Source: Tubulanus polymorphus
Lineage: Eukaryota; Animalia; Nemertea
DNA length: 64,000 nt
Reading direction: 5' to 3'
Assembly (NCBI RefSeq): GCF_964204645.1
Contig: NC_134035.1
Location: 10,696,451-10,760,450, forward strand
Part shown: in pieces, positions 62,701 to 64,000 of the stretch
How the letters are laid out: each line of letters begins with the position of its first letter
How positions within the stretch are numbered: position 1 is the first letter of the stretch
The notes under the pieces: generated by a model
Told to the model about the DNA's origin: nothing
The model's input: the letters and a program-made list of their open reading frames with translations, nothing else
Database searches by the model: none
Program-made: the position numbers and the translations under genes

Positions 62701-63642
62701 GATCTCGAGGAACCGCCGCAAAATGGTGCCTAGAAACTGTTCCAGAAAAAAACTTCATCTTTTACCAATACTTTTGTTTCAGATCTAAGGACTTAAGTCC
62801 TTGTCAAGAATAACAACTATCCATTAACGAGGTTTTTATAAGTAAAATATCAAGCGACGTCTCTGTGGAGATAGATCCACAGATAGATAGACTCGCAGAA
62901 ATGCAGGTGGATGAAACATTAGTTCACGCAAACCGACAACACATCTTTTCAGTAGTACTTACCGAGAGAACAATAAACGACGCGTTAGTACTTAGTGATT
63001 TCATATAATCGGAGGTTCATGCACCGGGCATGGCGTACACTGATTTTTGCTAGTGCGATTCAAGACACACGGGTCTTATCTTTGATGTAAGGTGTTGCAT
63101 TATACAATGACCTTCAACTTTGTTTCATCATAATTCAAGTTTACCATTTTGATAATCGACCATTCCCGCGCTCGAGGGACTTTTGCGAACGAGTCTATAA
63201 AGCCAACGGAATCTCATCTATATTGTTTAAGGTTTGCTTTGGAAGAATGGAAAAGAAGAAGCAGCCACTGGCGGACGTTGCCTTTCCGGGCCCAGGGGAG
63301 TCGAGCTCAGTTTGTACTGGTATATTCTATTTGTTGGAAGAACGGGGTCCGATGTCGAGTCTTTGTGTCGGTTGCTTCACCGAAAATCAAAAGCTTTTTA
63401 TAGAAAAGGAAAGACGATATATCGTAAATCAGTCGTCAACGACATTCATTGGCAAGTTATCGTAGATATCATCTATCCGATATTTGCCGTAAGAGATACA
63501 TTTCATCTAATTGTGGAATTCACCAGTTCGCCTTAGTGTGTTCGCATAACCACCTGAGGGTCGCAATTCAATGGAGTAATAAATGTACGCTAACAAGTAA
63601 GACACTTCTTTCGAATGTAAACTGATACGTAGATGAGGTATG

Positions 63643-64000
63643 AGGGAGGGAGGGAGGGATAGAGGGAGAGAGGGAGAGAGGGAGAGAGGGAGAGAGGGAG
63701 AGAGGGAGAGAGGGAGAGAGGGAGAGAGGGAGAGAGGGAGAGAGGGAGAGAGAGGGAGAGGGGGAGAGGGGGAGAGGGGGAGAGAGGGAGAGAGGGAGAG
63801 AGGGAGAGAGGGAGAGAGGGGGAGAGGGAGAGAGGGAGAGAGGGAGAGAGGGAGAGAGGGAGAGAGGGAGAGAGGGAGAGAGGGAGAGAGGGAGAGAGGG
63901 AGAGAGGGAGAGAGGGAGAGAGGGAGAGAGGGAGAGAGGGAGAGAGGGAGAGAGGGAGAGAGGGAGAGAGGGAGAGAGGGAGAGAGGGAGAGAGGGAGAG
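63643..64000. repeat. (GAGAGAGG)n polypurine repeat running off the window end
   Basis: Direct reading. Confidence 0.97.

Overview
AT-rich eukaryotic (invertebrate animal, probably lophotrochozoan; species not determinable from sequence alone) genomic DNA with spliceosomal introns. By joining GT-AG exons by hand with matching phases I reconstruct six protein-coding genes, all on the minus strand: (1) a secreted PAN/apple-EGF-fibrinogen (FReD) protein, (2) a 7-exon MGAT2, (3) a single-exon 944-aa secreted Ser/Thr-rich orphan, (4) an intronless ACP7-like purple acid phosphatase, (5) an 11-exon, 741-aa pentameric Cys-loop ligand-gated ion channel subunit carrying three N-terminal kringle domains, and (6) an 84-aa secreted 4-Cys peptide resembling the CHH/ITP family that the ORF track misses. 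The strongest novelty candidates are the kringle-Cys-loop receptor fusion, a 24-copy 38-bp satellite built from the splice acceptor of its pore (M2) exon, and the CHH/ITP-like peptide next door. Non-coding DNA is rich in Penelope-type hammerhead-ribozyme-like motifs in short palindromes, MITE/foldback elements, L2-type LINE 3' remnants, tRNA-derived SINE heads and simple repeats. About 46-64 kb has no recognisable coding gene. All gene models are manual and need RNA-seq confirmation.
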